Assembly: GCA_964535195.1 (NCBI GenBank)
Contig: CAZHSI010000019.1
Coordinates: forward strand, 1,209 to 25,208
Reading direction: 5' to 3'
Length of the DNA stretch: 24,000 nt
From: an uncultured Coxiellaceae bacterium
Lineage (GTDB): Bacteria > Pseudomonadota > Gammaproteobacteria > UBA9339
Below are positions 1-9,716 of this stretch, piece after piece. The position numbers and the translations under genes are program-made. The notes under the pieces are model-generated. The model had not been told where the DNA came from and searched no databases. It saw nothing but the letters and a program-made list of their open reading frames with translations. Positions within the stretch are counted from its first letter, which is position 1; each line of letters begins with the position of its first letter.

Positions 1-43
1 AATGGAGATTCTACATCGAACCTCTCCATTTTTTCGACAGTCA

Positions 44-378
44 TTAATTTGGCCAAAAATCCTTGAATCTAGCGGTTGCTACTTCGGTGTAGCGTACCGT
101 ATACTGTATATTTTTATGTCCCGTAATATTGAATACTTCGGCGTATCCCTACCATCGTTGGCTAGCTTAAATCCAGTAGAGTGCCGCAACATATGTGGAT
201 GTATGGGCATAAGGACCATGTTATTCTCTCTAATGAATCCAAGAGATGGCAACCTCTAAAAATAAGCTAATTCTAATCTTCTCATAAGTATTGGCAAGCT
301 GTTTTGCATTTTTTTGCCAAAATACTCAAACAAGCTGTAAATTTTTACAAAATGACGTTTGCTGCAAAATTTTAACCA
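44..378 (-). pseudogene. Tyrosine recombinase (phage-integrase family) remnant with frameshifts, an in-frame stop and an internal deletion
   Basis: Minus-strand translation gives ...MPIHPHMLRHSTGFKLANDGRDT (box II H-x-x-R; HPHMLRH is at 181-201). After frame slips it gives GHKNIQYTVRYTEVATARFKDFWPN* (catalytic Tyr motif, about 47-121, stop at 44-46). Upstream in the box II frame, ...LPILMRRLELAYF*RLPSLGFIRENN carries a TAG. It also lacks the roughly 70 aa normally found between box I and box II. The gene is absent from the ORF track because it is broken. Confidence 0.6.
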
Positions 379-689
379 TATCTATTATCAATCGCACGCA
401 AATCTTAAAGAAAACATTTTACCTATTTTGTAATTATAAAAATCAAAAATTTCTAATGCTCTATAAGTTTTGGAAGCGAAAAATCTTATAGCATCAGCTA
501 TTTTGCTTAACCCTTGTCTAAAATTATCCTTTATTGTTCTTCTGATTACGTAAAATTCGTTTGCGTAAAATTTTTGCAATACCATAAATTATAAGCTACG
601 ATCGCTGGTCTTAATTAGTACACGGGACTCAACTATTTACTATAATTCTGCCTCTTGAAGTCATAACGGTATATATAAGAACATAAAGT

Positions 690-2024
690 ATGAAAAAAAA
701 AATATTTATTGTGTTTTTTGTTGTCCTGTTTTCAGTTTTTGGCTGTGCTTCTGCTCACAAAACCATGCTTTATGATAACAAGCCAGCTTTTTACTCCTAT
801 ATTATAGGGGATGTGCGGGGTAATAGCATAAGCGTTGAGCATGAAGCCGGGGTTTATGTTACTCCTGCCAGTTGTCAAAAAACCATTATCGCCTTATTAG
901 CTTATAAAATGTTTGGCGCTGATTATTGCTATGAAACCAAATTTTATACTACGGAGAAGCAACAAAAGGTTCATGATGTTGTGGTGTCTTTTTCTGGTGA
1001 CCCTACCTTAACCTTAGGGGGGTTGAAACAACTTTTTGAAACAATTGGTGGTACTACGGTTACGGGTAAGATTCTTTTAGATGTTTCTTTATTTAAAACG
1101 CCGCCATATTCTCCAAATGTAATGGCGGAGGATATTGGTACAGAGGCGCGGCCAGTGACTAGCGCTAATATTGACCATAATTTAATTACAGTTAAAGTAA
1201 GTCCAAATAAAAGAGGTGGTAAATTTGCTATAGTTACTAATGATTCTGAATATCCAGTAGATTCCAGTGTAACTATTGCGCGTAGGTTGTCGTATGTAAA
1301 AATAGCGGTACGTAATAATCGTATTAAGGCCAGTGGTAACATAAAACGGCACCATTCTCCTGCGGGGTTAAATATTTCTCCTATGGATCTTGATTATTAC
1401 CTGTTACAAAAAGTTAAAATTGCCATGAAAAAAGCCAAGGTAAAAGGAAGGGTCGTAATTGTACGCGACCAGTCGCAACTACCCGCGGGTTTGATATTGC
1501 GTAATGTTATTAAATCTAAACCACTTGGCAGTATTATCCCCCCAGCTTTAAAAAAATCTGATAATTGGATATTTGACAATTTGTATATCAAGATTATTCA
1601 TACCCCAGGCGCTGAGGCTATAGAAAGTTGGAACGATGGTAGTGCCGTTATAAAAGATTTAGTTTATAAGTATTTGGGTGTTAATACCAGAGACTCTATC
1701 TTTGTCGATGGCTCAGGATTGTCTAGATATAACAAAATACAGCCACAGAAGCTTTTTGAGATACTAAAGCAAGGCTATGATATAACAGAATTTGTTGGGG
1801 CTTTGCCTAGTCCAGGTGAACCAAAGAGTACGCTTGCTAGAAGGACTCATCTGTTAGAGTACATAAAAGCTAAGACTGGCAATATGTCTGGTATTAGTTG
1901 TTTGTGTGGATATAGTGTCAATAATCATCCCAAAGCATTTGTAGTGGTTGCTGATGGCTTTTCTTCTTCCAATAAACGTATTTTTCCAGTTATAGATAAT
2001 TTTATTAATTACCATCTAAGGTAG
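690..2024 (+). CDS. dacB: D-alanyl-D-alanine carboxypeptidase/endopeptidase, PBP4 family (peptidase S13)
   Basis: 444-aa ORF with an N-terminal signal peptide and a lipobox-like VFGC. The three penicillin-binding motifs occur in PBP4 order: SCQK (SxxK), DGSGLSRYN (SxN; E. coli DacB has DGSGLSRHN) and KTGNMSG (KTG). Confidence 0.85.
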   Translation: MKKKIFIVFFVVLFSVFGCASAHKTMLYDNKPAFYSYIIGDVRGNSISVEHEAGVYVTPASCQKTIIALLAYKMFGADYCYETKFYTTEKQQKVHDVVVSFSGDPTLTLGGLKQLFETIGGTTVTGKILLDVSLFKTPPYSPNVMAEDIGTEARPVTSANIDHNLITVKVSPNKRGGKFAIVTNDSEYPVDSSVTIARRLSYVKIAVRNNRIKASGNIKRHHSPAGLNISPMDLDYYLLQKVKIAMKKAKVKGRVVIVRDQSQLPAGLILRNVIKSKPLGSIIPPALKKSDNWIFDNLYIKIIHTPGAEAIESWNDGSAVIKDLVYKYLGVNTRDSIFVDGSGLSRYNKIQPQKLFEILKQGYDITEFVGALPSPGEPKSTLARRTHLLEYIKAKTGNMSGISCLCGYSVNNHPKAFVVVADGFSSSNKRIFPVIDNFINYHLR

Positions 2025-2318
2025 AGCTTATCCCAACCGCTAAATAGTCTATTCGAGCTTTTAATGATGAAGGCAATGATGTTTTTCTAAAAAAGCATAA
2101 AATTGTATAGGTGCAAATCAGGTTTTGGTTTGCTTTTTAGGTTAAAAATCAGGATAGATTTTATATTTTAATTTTTTAAAAAAAAACTGTTTTGACAAAG
2201 GAGGTCACCTTATAACTGGATTTTGGCGGTCCTTGCTGGGATGGCGGCTGAATTTTAGATTTTAACAGCAGCTGAAATGTAAAACATATACCTGTTATTG
2301 CACAGAAATATTTTTATA

Positions 2319-2347
2319 TTGACCTATTTATCATTTTGGTATATAAA
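2319..2347 (+). promoter_or_regulatory. Sigma70-like promoter candidate for the tetR-efflux operon
   Basis: TTGACC (2319-2324), a 17-nt spacer, then TATAAA (2342-2347), about 34 nt upstream of the tetR ATG. This is motif match only, in AT-rich DNA. Confidence 0.4.
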
Positions 2348-2380
2348 AAGGTTTTAGTTCAAAATGTTTAAATTTAGTAT

Positions 2381-3004
2381 ATGGCGATAAAACAGGAAAA
2401 AACGAAAAAAATAATTTTGGCAGCCGCGAGGCAAATGTTTGCTAGGTTTGGTTTAGAAAAGACCAGTATTGATGAAATTGCCAAAACTGCCAAGGTGGCC
2501 AAAGGTACTATTTATAGTTATTTTGAAAATAAAGACCATATATACTTAGCGGTATTGCAAAGTGAAGCTGACGAGATGTTGCAAAGTATTGTGCATGCTT
2601 TATCTAAAGTAAGCTCGCCAATCGATAAATTAAGGATGTTGATTTTAGTTAAATTCCAATGTTTAGAACAATCTCCGAACTTTCGTAATTTAGATCGTAA
2701 CAAACTTATACAATGTTTACCTTATGCAGATGAGGTGTGGAAAAAATATCTCGAAAAAGAATTTAAACTTGTCAAATCTATTTTAAGTGCTGGGGTCGAA
2801 AATGGGATTTTTGTTATCGATAATATTTCTTTAGTGACGAAAACTATTATTTATGCTTTGAAAGGATTTGAAATTCATTTGTTAATTGATGAGGACAGTG
2901 AAAAACAAATTAAAAACACAGAACATTACATTAATAAAATATTGGATATGCTCTTTTTTGGAATTGTCAAAAAGAAAAAGGGGCTGAGAACTGCTCTGCT
3001 TTAG
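2381..3004 (+). CDS. TetR/AcrR-family transcriptional regulator
   Basis: 207 aa. The N-terminal helix-turn-helix is typical of TetR (ILAAARQMFARFGLEKTSIDEIAKTAKVAKGTIYSYFENKDHIY) and the C-terminal ligand domain is variable. It lies 31 nt upstream of the efflux genes on the same strand. Confidence 0.9.
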   Translation: MAIKQEKTKKIILAAARQMFARFGLEKTSIDEIAKTAKVAKGTIYSYFENKDHIYLAVLQSEADEMLQSIVHALSKVSSPIDKLRMLILVKFQCLEQSPNFRNLDRNKLIQCLPYADEVWKKYLEKEFKLVKSILSAGVENGIFVIDNISLVTKTIIYALKGFEIHLLIDEDSEKQIKNTEHYINKILDMLFFGIVKKKKGLRTALL

Positions 3005-3035
3005 TTTTTGAAAAAAATTTAGAACATTAAGAATC

Positions 3036-4463
3036 ATGAAATCCATGGCTAAAAAAAAATTGTCGTTATTGATTTGTAGCGTGCTTGTTATTACTGGTTG
3101 TTCAATGGCGCCTAAGTATAAACGTCCTATGTTGCCAATAAGCGACAAATATTCGGGCGATCATGTGGCTTGCGTTCAAACAGTTTTAAGTGAGGTAGAT
3201 TGGAATGAATACTTTGCCGATCCGTATTTACAACAATTGATTGCAACAGCTTTAGAAAATAATCGAGATTTACGTATATCTTTACTTCATGTAGAGGAAG
3301 CCCAAGCTGCATATGGTATTAGACGTTCTAATCAGTTTCCCAATATAGATGTTGCGGCAGGTGGGAGTCGAATGCACTCTAGTGAAGGACTATTTCAGAA
3401 CAATTACTATGTTGGGTTAGATTCGCTTTCTTGGGAAATTGATTTTTGGGGTAAAATAAAAAATCTTAAAAATGTAGCGCTAGAGAATTTTTTTGCCACC
3501 GAAGCTGCAAATCGTGCTATTAAACTTTCTATCATAACTAATGTGGCTGATAATTATATTTTGATGCGTGAGCTAGAAGCGCGTCTTATTTTGGCTAATA
3601 AGAATGTAGCTAATTATAAAGAGCATCTAAATATTTATACTAAACGTTTTAAGGTAGGAGAAGTATCACAAATAGAACTTGTGCCTGTGAAGAAATTATT
3701 AGCAGACGCAGAAATGCTTGTGGTTAAACTTGAAGAGCGACGGGCAATGTATGCACATGCTTTGAGCCTTTTGATAGGTACACCGCTTCCAGTATTACCC
3801 CCGATTGAATTTAATGAAAATATTATTTTACATAAATTGCGAGCCGGCTTGCCTTCTGAATTATTAATTAAACGTCCTGATATAATTGCTAGTGAACATA
3901 AATTAAAAGCTACCGGGGCCAATATCGGTGCTGCTCGAGCAGCATTTTTTCCGAGCATTACTTTAACAGGATTGTTTGGTTCAGTAAGTTCTGAGTTTGG
4001 TCAATTATTTAGTACTGGACAAGCAGCATGGTTATTTGCGCCTAGAATTTCTATGCCAATTTTTGATGCTGGTCGGACTTATACTTCATTAAAGCTTGCT
4101 AAGATTAGGAACAATATAGCTGTCGCTAACTATGAAAAGACTATTCAAACAGCATTTCGCGAAGTATCTGATGCTTTAACAATGAACTTTAGCGCTTTGC
4201 GATCTGTACAGCTTCAAGAGCAAAAATTAGCAGCAGATAAAAAACAAGAGGGTATTGCTATAACTCGTTATCACAATGGTTCTATTTCTTATTTAGATCT
4301 ATTAGAAGTTAAAAAAATATCGATTCAATCGGAGCAACAATTAATAGAAGCTCGTAGCCGCTTACTCTCTAGTCGGATTCACTTATATACTGCTTTGGGT
4401 GGTGGTAGGCAAACCGTTGTGGTTAACGATATTAATAAAAAACTTAAGGTATCCCATGAATAA
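3036..4463 (+). CDS. Outer-membrane efflux lipoprotein, NodT/OprM (TolC-like OMF) family
   Basis: 475 aa with a signal peptide and lipobox LVITGC. The pattern is typical of this family: NNRDLRI, a duplicated alpha/beta repeat, YHNGSISYLDLLEV, and LYTALGGG near the C-terminus. Confidence 0.9.
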   Translation: MKSMAKKKLSLLICSVLVITGCSMAPKYKRPMLPISDKYSGDHVACVQTVLSEVDWNEYFADPYLQQLIATALENNRDLRISLLHVEEAQAAYGIRRSNQFPNIDVAAGGSRMHSSEGLFQNNYYVGLDSLSWEIDFWGKIKNLKNVALENFFATEAANRAIKLSIITNVADNYILMRELEARLILANKNVANYKEHLNIYTKRFKVGEVSQIELVPVKKLLADAEMLVVKLEERRAMYAHALSLLIGTPLPVLPPIEFNENIILHKLRAGLPSELLIKRPDIIASEHKLKATGANIGAARAAFFPSITLTGLFGSVSSEFGQLFSTGQAAWLFAPRISMPIFDAGRTYTSLKLAKIRNNIAVANYEKTIQTAFREVSDALTMNFSALRSVQLQEQKLAADKKQEGIAITRYHNGSISYLDLLEVKKISIQSEQQLIEARSRLLSSRIHLYTALGGGRQTVVVNDINKKLKVSHE

Positions 4464-5532
4464 TTTTTTAACTAAAAATAAAGCTATTGTTTTTGTAATC
4501 ATTTTTTTAATGATCTTAATTGGGGCTATGGTATGGAATGTTATGGGCCCTAAAGGATTGGGTAAAGGATTTATTAGTGGTAATGGTCGTATTGAGGCAA
4601 GTGAAGTTGATATTGCAACTAAATTAGGCGGACGCTTAATTAGTGTTTTTGTTAATGAAGGCGAATTAGTTAAAAAGGATCAAGTACTAGCTCAAATGCA
4701 AATCGATGTATTGCAAGCACAGCTTGATGAAGCAATAGCAAGAAATCAACAAGCAATTAAAATGGCTGATACCTCAGCTGCACAAGTAACAGTAGCTGAA
4801 AGTAATTTAGCCACAGCTAAATCGGTCGTAAAGCAAAGAGAGGCGGAATTAGATGCGGCAAAAAGACGATTAATCCGTTCACAAAGTTTAGCAAAATCTG
4901 GTGCTATTTCTCTACAAGTATTAGACGATGATCGTGCTAAAGCGAATAGCGCTAAAGCTGCTTTAAGTGCAGCTGAATCACAAGTGGCAGCAAGTGAAGC
5001 TGCTATTATTTCTGCACGAGCTGGATTTTCTGGGGCACAGTCAACAGTAGCGGCTTACATTGCTAATATTAAGCGTATTGAAGCTGAAATTAATGATAGT
5101 CGGTTAAAATCACCATGTGATGGTAAGGTACAATATAAGATCGCTCAACCTGGTGAAGTTCTTGCCGGGGGAGGCAAGATACTTAGTTTGATAGATCTAC
5201 ATGACATCTACATGACTTTCTTTTTGCCGGAAACAGTAGTTGGAAGGGTGGCAATAGGAAGTGAAGTGCGAATTGTATTGGATGCTGCTTCTGATTATGT
5301 GATACCAGCAAAAATTTCTTTTGTATCTAGTGTTGCCCAGTTTACGCCTAAAACTGTGGAAACCGTTAGTGAGAGGCAGAAGCTAATGTTTCGTGTAAAG
5401 GCGAAAGTAGATCAGGAAGTTATAGAGCGAAATTTACATCAGGTTAAGACTGGACTGCCAGGGGTAGCTTTTCTTAGATTAGATCCGAAGGTTGAATGGC
5501 CAAAAGAACTAATGATTCGGACTGAAAAATGA
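4456..5532 (+). CDS. HlyD-family membrane-fusion (periplasmic adaptor) protein, YhiI/YbhG-like
   Basis: The tracked ORF starts at 4399, but the ATG at 4456 (MNNFLTKNK...) gives a short cytoplasmic tail followed by one TM helix, as expected. That start overlaps the OMF stop (ATGAATAA). The protein has a long Ala/Gln-rich coiled coil ([14 protein letters not shown]...[16 protein letters not shown]) and a beta-barrel C-terminal part. Confidence 0.85.
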   Translation: MNNFLTKNKAIVFVIIFLMILIGAMVWNVMGPKGLGKGFISGNGRIEASEVDIATKLGGRLISVFVNEGELVKKDQVLAQMQIDVLQAQLDEAIARNQQAIKMADTSAAQVTVAESNLATAKSVVKQREAELDAAKRRLIRSQSLAKSGAISLQVLDDDRAKANSAKAALSAAESQVAASEAAIISARAGFSGAQSTVAAYIANIKRIEAEINDSRLKSPCDGKVQYKIAQPGEVLAGGGKILSLIDLHDIYMTFFLPETVVGRVAIGSEVRIVLDAASDYVIPAKISFVSSVAQFTPKTVETVSERQKLMFRVKAKVDQEVIERNLHQVKTGLPGVAFLRLDPKVEWPKELMIRTEK

Positions 5533-8303
5533 ATGCAATAACTACTGGCAAAGAATATAAGTATGCATCACAGTTGACTAATGTTACTTTAAGTTATAAA
5601 AAAAAAGTTGCACTAGACGATATTAGTTTAAGTATTCCAGCTAATTGTATGGTGGGATTAATCGGACCTGATGGAGTTGGTAAATCAAGTCTCATGTCTC
5701 TTATAGCTGGGGTGTTAGTAGCTAAAAAAGGCACAGTTGAAACTCTAGAAGGTAATATAGCCGATCCTCATCACCGAGACGAGATATGTTCTCAGATAGC
5801 CTATATGCCTCAAGGGCTCGGAAAAAATCTTTATCCTACTCTTTCAGTTGAGGAAAATTTACAGTTTTTTGGCAGTCTTTTTGGATTAGATGAAGCTGAA
5901 CGTAAAAAACGGATAGACTTACTGACTAAAGCCACCCATCTTTATAAATTTCTTAATCGTCCTGCGGGAAAGCTTTCTGGTGGTATGAAACAAAAATTAG
6001 GATTATGCTCGGCATTAATTCATAACCCTGCATTACTTATACTTGATGAGCCAACTACCGGAGTTGACCCATTGTCGCGTATCCAATTTTGGGAATTAAT
6101 TGAGCATATCCGTCATGAAATACCTCTATTGAGTATTATTGTTTCTACAGCTTATATGGATGAGGCAGAGCAATTTGATTGGTTGGTGGCAATGGATGCG
6201 GGAAAAATACTGGCTACAGGCACTCCTCAGGAAATACGAGAATGTACTAATTGTTTGTCTTTAGAAACTGCATTTGTATCGTTGCTTGCTAAAAAGCATA
6301 ATTTAAATCATAGAGAACTTTCAATACCTCCTTTAGCTAATAATAATGAGCACGAAGTAGCTATTGAAGCACGTGATTTGACTAAAAAATTTGGCTGTTT
6401 TACAGCTGTAAATAAAGTTAGCTTTAAGATCAGTCGGGGCGAGATATTTGGTTTTTTAGGGTCAAATGGTTGTGGCAAATCAACCACGATGAAAATGCTT
6501 ACAGGTCTTATACCGGCAACTGAAGGTACAGCGTGGTTATTTGGACATGAAGTTGATGCTAATGACATAGCTACCCGCAAACGTGTTGGTTATATGTCCC
6601 AGGGGTTTTCCCTTTATTCTGAACTGTCGGTACGTCAAAATTTAGAACTCCATGCACGACTGTTCCATGTGCCTGAAAAAAATATTATATCTTTAGTTGC
6701 CGATTCTGTTAATCGTTTTGGTCTGCATGGATTGCTTGAAGAATTACCAAGTAATTTACCGCTTGGGATCCGCCAGCGTTTATCTTTAGCTGTGGCAATG
6801 ATTCATAAACCTGATTTATTGATCCTAGATGAGCCAACTTCAGGTGTTGATCCTATAGCTCGTGATAATTTTTGGCATTTAATTATTGAGCTTGCTCGTA
6901 AAGATAAAGTTACAGTTTTTATCTCTACTCATTTTATGAATGAAGCGATGCGTTGTGATCGTATCTCATTAATGAATGCAGGAGAAGTGTTAGTAAGTGA
7001 TACTCCAAATAAGATAATAGAAAGAAAAGGGGTGGTTACATTAGAGCAGGCATTTATTGCATATCTGAAGGATGCGGAAGCAAGAGAGGAAACAAAAGAG
7101 GGTAATACGAAGATGGCTAAAACTAAGGATAGTGCTATCATAGGTTCGGCACCATTAGCTAGTTGTCATCATCGTAGCTTTAGTATAGCTCGTGCATTAA
7201 GCTATGCAGGACGGGAAGCTAAAGAATTACGACATGACCCTGTGCGGGGAACATTAGCTTTGTTTGGTAGCTTGTTACTTATGCTTATTATGGGTTTTGG
7301 TATTAGTTTAGATGTTGAGAAACTTAGCTTTGCAGTACTTGATCGCGATCAAACAATGCTAAGTCGTAACTATGCTTTAAACCTTGCTGGTTCCCGCTAT
7401 TTTGTAGAACATAATTCAATTGAAAATTATGCTGATTTAGATCGCAGGATGCGTAGTGGTGAGTTATCATTAGCAATCGAAATACCACCGGGTTTTGCTA
7501 GGGATTTAAAACGGGGGAATGTTGTGCAAATTGGAGCTTGGGTAGATGGTGCTATGCCTCAAAGAGCCGAAACCATCCAAGGTTATGCTAAAGCTATGCA
7601 TTATGCATGGCTAAGTGATATGGCTATGCACCGTTTAGGTAAAAATTTTAATATAAGCAATGCTAATGTTGAAACTCGTTTTCGTTATAATCCTGATGTG
7701 AAAAGTTTGCCGGCTATGGTTCCAGCAATAATACCTATTTTGCTTTTAATGATTCCAGCTATGATGACTGCATTAGCGATTGTGCGGGAAAAAGAATTAG
7801 GATCGATAATTAATTTTTATGTTACTCCGGTTACACGAACTGAATTTTTGCTTGGTAAACAATTACCCTATATTGCATTGGGGATGCTTAATTTTTTTCT
7901 AATGGTGCTGGCGGCATATGTTATTTTTGGAGTAACAATTAAAGGCAGTTTTATAACTTTGAGTTTGGCAGCGCTAATTTTTATTAGTTTTTCTACAGGG
8001 TTTGGGTTATTTGCTTCGATATTTACTCGTAGTCAAATTGCCGCATTGTTTTTAACTATGATAGGAACAATGATTCCATCGGTGCAATTTTCTGGGTTGC
8101 TTAACCCCATTTCTTCTTTAGAAGGAGTTGGCAGGTTAATAGGGGAGGTTTACCCTGCCACCCATTTTTTTATAATCAGTCGCGGAGTATTTACTAAAGC
8201 GTTAAAGTTATCAAATTTATATACTCCATTTTTGCTAATGCTAATCGCTGTTCCAGTAATTTTTATTAGTGCTATTTGCTTGTTAAAGAAACGGGAAAAT
8301 TAA
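5529..8303 (+). CDS. rbbA: Fused ABC transporter with two ATP-binding domains plus a C-terminal ABC-2 permease domain (RbbA/YhiH-like architecture)
   Basis: 924 aa. NBD1 has Walker A GPDGVGKS, signature LSGGMKQK and Walker [12 protein letters not shown]2 has Walker A GSNGCGKS, an altered signature LPLGIRQR and Walker B LLILDEPT. The C-terminal part has six or more hydrophobic helices of ABC-2 type. The start overlaps the HlyD stop (ATGA). The order adaptor, double-NBD-TMD, ABC-2 permease mirrors E. coli yhiI-rbbA-yhhJ. Confidence 0.9.
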   Translation: MNAITTGKEYKYASQLTNVTLSYKKKVALDDISLSIPANCMVGLIGPDGVGKSSLMSLIAGVLVAKKGTVETLEGNIADPHHRDEICSQIAYMPQGLGKNLYPTLSVEENLQFFGSLFGLDEAERKKRIDLLTKATHLYKFLNRPAGKLSGGMKQKLGLCSALIHNPALLILDEPTTGVDPLSRIQFWELIEHIRHEIPLLSIIVSTAYMDEAEQFDWLVAMDAGKILATGTPQEIRECTNCLSLETAFVSLLAKKHNLNHRELSIPPLANNNEHEVAIEARDLTKKFGCFTAVNKVSFKISRGEIFGFLGSNGCGKSTTMKMLTGLIPATEGTAWLFGHEVDANDIATRKRVGYMSQGFSLYSELSVRQNLELHARLFHVPEKNIISLVADSVNRFGLHGLLEELPSNLPLGIRQRLSLAVAMIHKPDLLILDEPTSGVDPIARDNFWHLIIELARKDKVTVFISTHFMNEAMRCDRISLMNAGEVLVSDTPNKIIERKGVVTLEQAFIAYLKDAEAREETKEGNTKMAKTKDSAIIGSAPLASCHHRSFSIARALSYAGREAKELRHDPVRGTLALFGSLLLMLIMGFGISLDVEKLSFAVLDRDQTMLSRNYALNLAGSRYFVEHNSIENYADLDRRMRSGELSLAIEIPPGFARDLKRGNVVQIGAWVDGAMPQRAETIQGYAKAMHYAWLSDMAMHRLGKNFNISNANVETRFRYNPDVKSLPAMVPAIIPILLLMIPAMMTALAIVREKELGSIINFYVTPVTRTEFLLGKQLPYIALGMLNFFLMVLAAYVIFGVTIKGSFITLSLAALIFISFSTGFGLFASIFTRSQIAALFLTMIGTMIPSVQFSGLLNPISSLEGVGRLIGEVYPATHFFIISRGVFTKALKLSNLYTPFLLMLIAVPVIFISAICLLKKREN

Positions 8304-8305
8304 AA

Positions 8306-9430
8306 ATGATTCGTATCTCGAATATCTATCGATTAGGAATCAAAGAATTTTGGAGTTTGCGTCGCGACCCAGTTATAATGGGTTTGATTATTTATATTTT
8401 TACAGTGGCTATTTATGTAGCAGCGACCGCCATGCCCGATTCTTTACATAAAGCAGTAATTGCCGTAGTCGATGAAGATCAGTCGTTATTATCAGCGCAG
8501 ATTATATCTGCCTTTTATCCGCCACATTTTGTTTCCCCAAAAATTATTTCCCTTTCAGAAGTAGACGCTGGGATGGATACTGGCAAATATACTTTTGTGC
8601 TTAATATACCCCCTAATTTTGAACGAGATGTCATTGCCAAGCGTCTGCCAACAGCCCAGCTTAATGTTGATGCGACAAGGATGAGCCAAGCTTTTATTGG
8701 TAGCAGTTATATCCAACAAATGGTCTTAAGTGAAATTGATGAATTTGCTAAAGGTTATCGTAGCGAGCAGCCATTGCCAGTAGACTTAGTGCTAAGAGCG
8801 CGATTTAATCCATCTTTAATCAATGCTTGGTTTGGTTCTATAATGGAATTAATTAATGCTATAACTATGCTTTCTATCATATTGACTGGGGCGGCACTGA
8901 TCCGAGAACGGGAGCATGGGACTATAGAACATTTGCTGGTGATGCCGGTAACACCCGGGGAGATTATGTTTTCTAAAGTTTGGTCTATGGGCTTAGTGGT
9001 TTTGGTTGCTTCGGCTTGCTCTCTTGCTTTTGTTATCCAAGGGTTGCTTAAAGTGCCGATTGAAGGTTCAATGTATTTATTTTTAATTGGTACTTTTTTA
9101 TATTTATTTGCCACTACTTCAATGGCTATTTTTATTGCTACCATTGCTCATTCTATGCCTCAATTTGGATTGTTGATGATACTTATATTGCTGCCATTAC
9201 AAATGTTATCTGGCAGCATGACTCCACGTGAAAGTATGCCGATTTTTGTCCAAAATGTTATGTTGGTTGCTCCAACTACGCATTTTGTTTCATTGGCGCA
9301 AGCAGTTCTTTATCGGGCTGCCAATTTTAGCATTGTATGGCGACAATTTTTAGCTCTTATAATTATAGGTATATTGTTTTTTAGTATAGCTTTAAGCCGT
9401 TTTAGAAAAACCATCAATAGTACTATTTAA
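8306..9430 (+). CDS. ABC-2 type transporter permease (YhhJ/YbhR-like)
   Basis: The tracked ORF starts at 8276, inside the upstream gene. The in-frame ATG at 8306 lies 2 nt after the rbbA-like stop. The protein has an N-terminal TM helix, a large periplasmic loop and a C-terminal bundle of five or six TM helices, as is typical of ABC-2 permeases. Confidence 0.85.
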   Translation: MIRISNIYRLGIKEFWSLRRDPVIMGLIIYIFTVAIYVAATAMPDSLHKAVIAVVDEDQSLLSAQIISAFYPPHFVSPKIISLSEVDAGMDTGKYTFVLNIPPNFERDVIAKRLPTAQLNVDATRMSQAFIGSSYIQQMVLSEIDEFAKGYRSEQPLPVDLVLRARFNPSLINAWFGSIMELINAITMLSIILTGAALIREREHGTIEHLLVMPVTPGEIMFSKVWSMGLVVLVASACSLAFVIQGLLKVPIEGSMYLFLIGTFLYLFATTSMAIFIATIAHSMPQFGLLMILILLPLQMLSGSMTPRESMPIFVQNVMLVAPTTHFVSLAQAVLYRAANFSIVWRQFLALIIIGILFFSIALSRFRKTINSTI

Positions 9431-9550
9431 GGATGCGTTGTCTAAATGTTGTTAAAAATTTTGATAATAAAATAATGCTTAGTAGCAACATCATTGGTTA
9501 AGCTTTTTTATCAATAATTATTTATTATGGTCTGTTGACATTTTGTCTAT

Positions 9551-9653
9551 AATCTAAATTTCCTCGAAGCAAGCTTCGAGGACAAAGCAATGGGGGATTA
9601 CCAAGGGGAAGAGGCGTAGCTCTCCCCCTCGGGCGAAGTCTAAAAATTGATTT
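9551..9653 (+). repeat. Dispersed structured intergenic repeat, copy A
   Basis: aatctaaatttCCTCGAAGCaaGCTTCGAGGacaaagcaatggggga...ggcgaagtctaaaaattgatt aligns with copy D (22029-22156) at both ends. It contains a perfect 20-bp palindrome (9562-9581) and a second imperfect hairpin (ggggaagag/ctctcccc). Confidence 0.8.
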
Positions 9654-9716
9654 TGAAAAATAAGAGCAAACTCGTAAAATTGAGTTTTTCGAAATAACAA
9701 TTAAAACGAGTTTGCA

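Noticed and set aside
2-259. Tracked 85-aa ORF on the + strand at the window start
   Set aside because: It lies antisense to the clearly recognisable tyrosine-recombinase remnant (HPHMLRH / VRYTE motifs on the minus strand). It has no motif of its own and is most likely a shadow ORF.
388-585. 65-aa minus-strand ORF and 66-aa plus-strand ORF (291-491) upstream of dacB
   Set aside because: I cannot align them convincingly to an integrase N-terminal domain or anything else. They are low-complexity and AT-rich, with no RBS. They may be further debris of the broken recombinase gene, but that is unsupported.
693-702. Homopolymeric A10 tract right after the dacB start codon, with similar A9/T9 tracts at 3051-3059 and 20798-20806, considered as slipped-strand phase-variation sites
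   Set aside because: They simply encode Lys-rich n-regions of signal peptides or N-termini (AAA codons) in an AT-rich genome. No evidence of length variation can be obtained from a single sequence.
2192-2216. TTGACA followed by a perfect AAGGAGGT Shine-Dalgarno in the dacB-tetR spacer, considered as a hidden small gene or promoter
   Set aside because: No ATG, GTG or TTG lies at a usable distance after the SD sequence. The spacing from TTGACA to the only -10-like hexamer (TATAAC) is about 13 nt, which is too short.
4399-4455. Upstream extension of the HlyD ORF, and likewise 8276-8305 for the permease
   Set aside because: The extensions overlap the preceding genes and add non-membrane, non-conserved residues. 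The internal ATGs at 4456 and 8306 give canonical N-termini and operon-style junctions.
971-9144. Antisense ORFs inside long genes (971-1342, 1397-1591, 2518-2703, 2882-3148, 3127-3312, 3635-3958, 6308-6580, 6929-7141, 8755-9144; also 17334-17714, 18297-18488, 19124-19327, 19795-20013, 21236-21457, 22525-22825, 22923-23870 elsewhere)
   Set aside because: All are fully embedded opposite strongly supported CDSs and have no motifs or RBS. They are typical shadow ORFs.
9431-9540. Possible intrinsic terminator after the ABC-2 permease (gctta...taagc followed by tttttt)
   Set aside because: The stem is only 5 bp with a ~17-nt loop, which is too weak to annotate.
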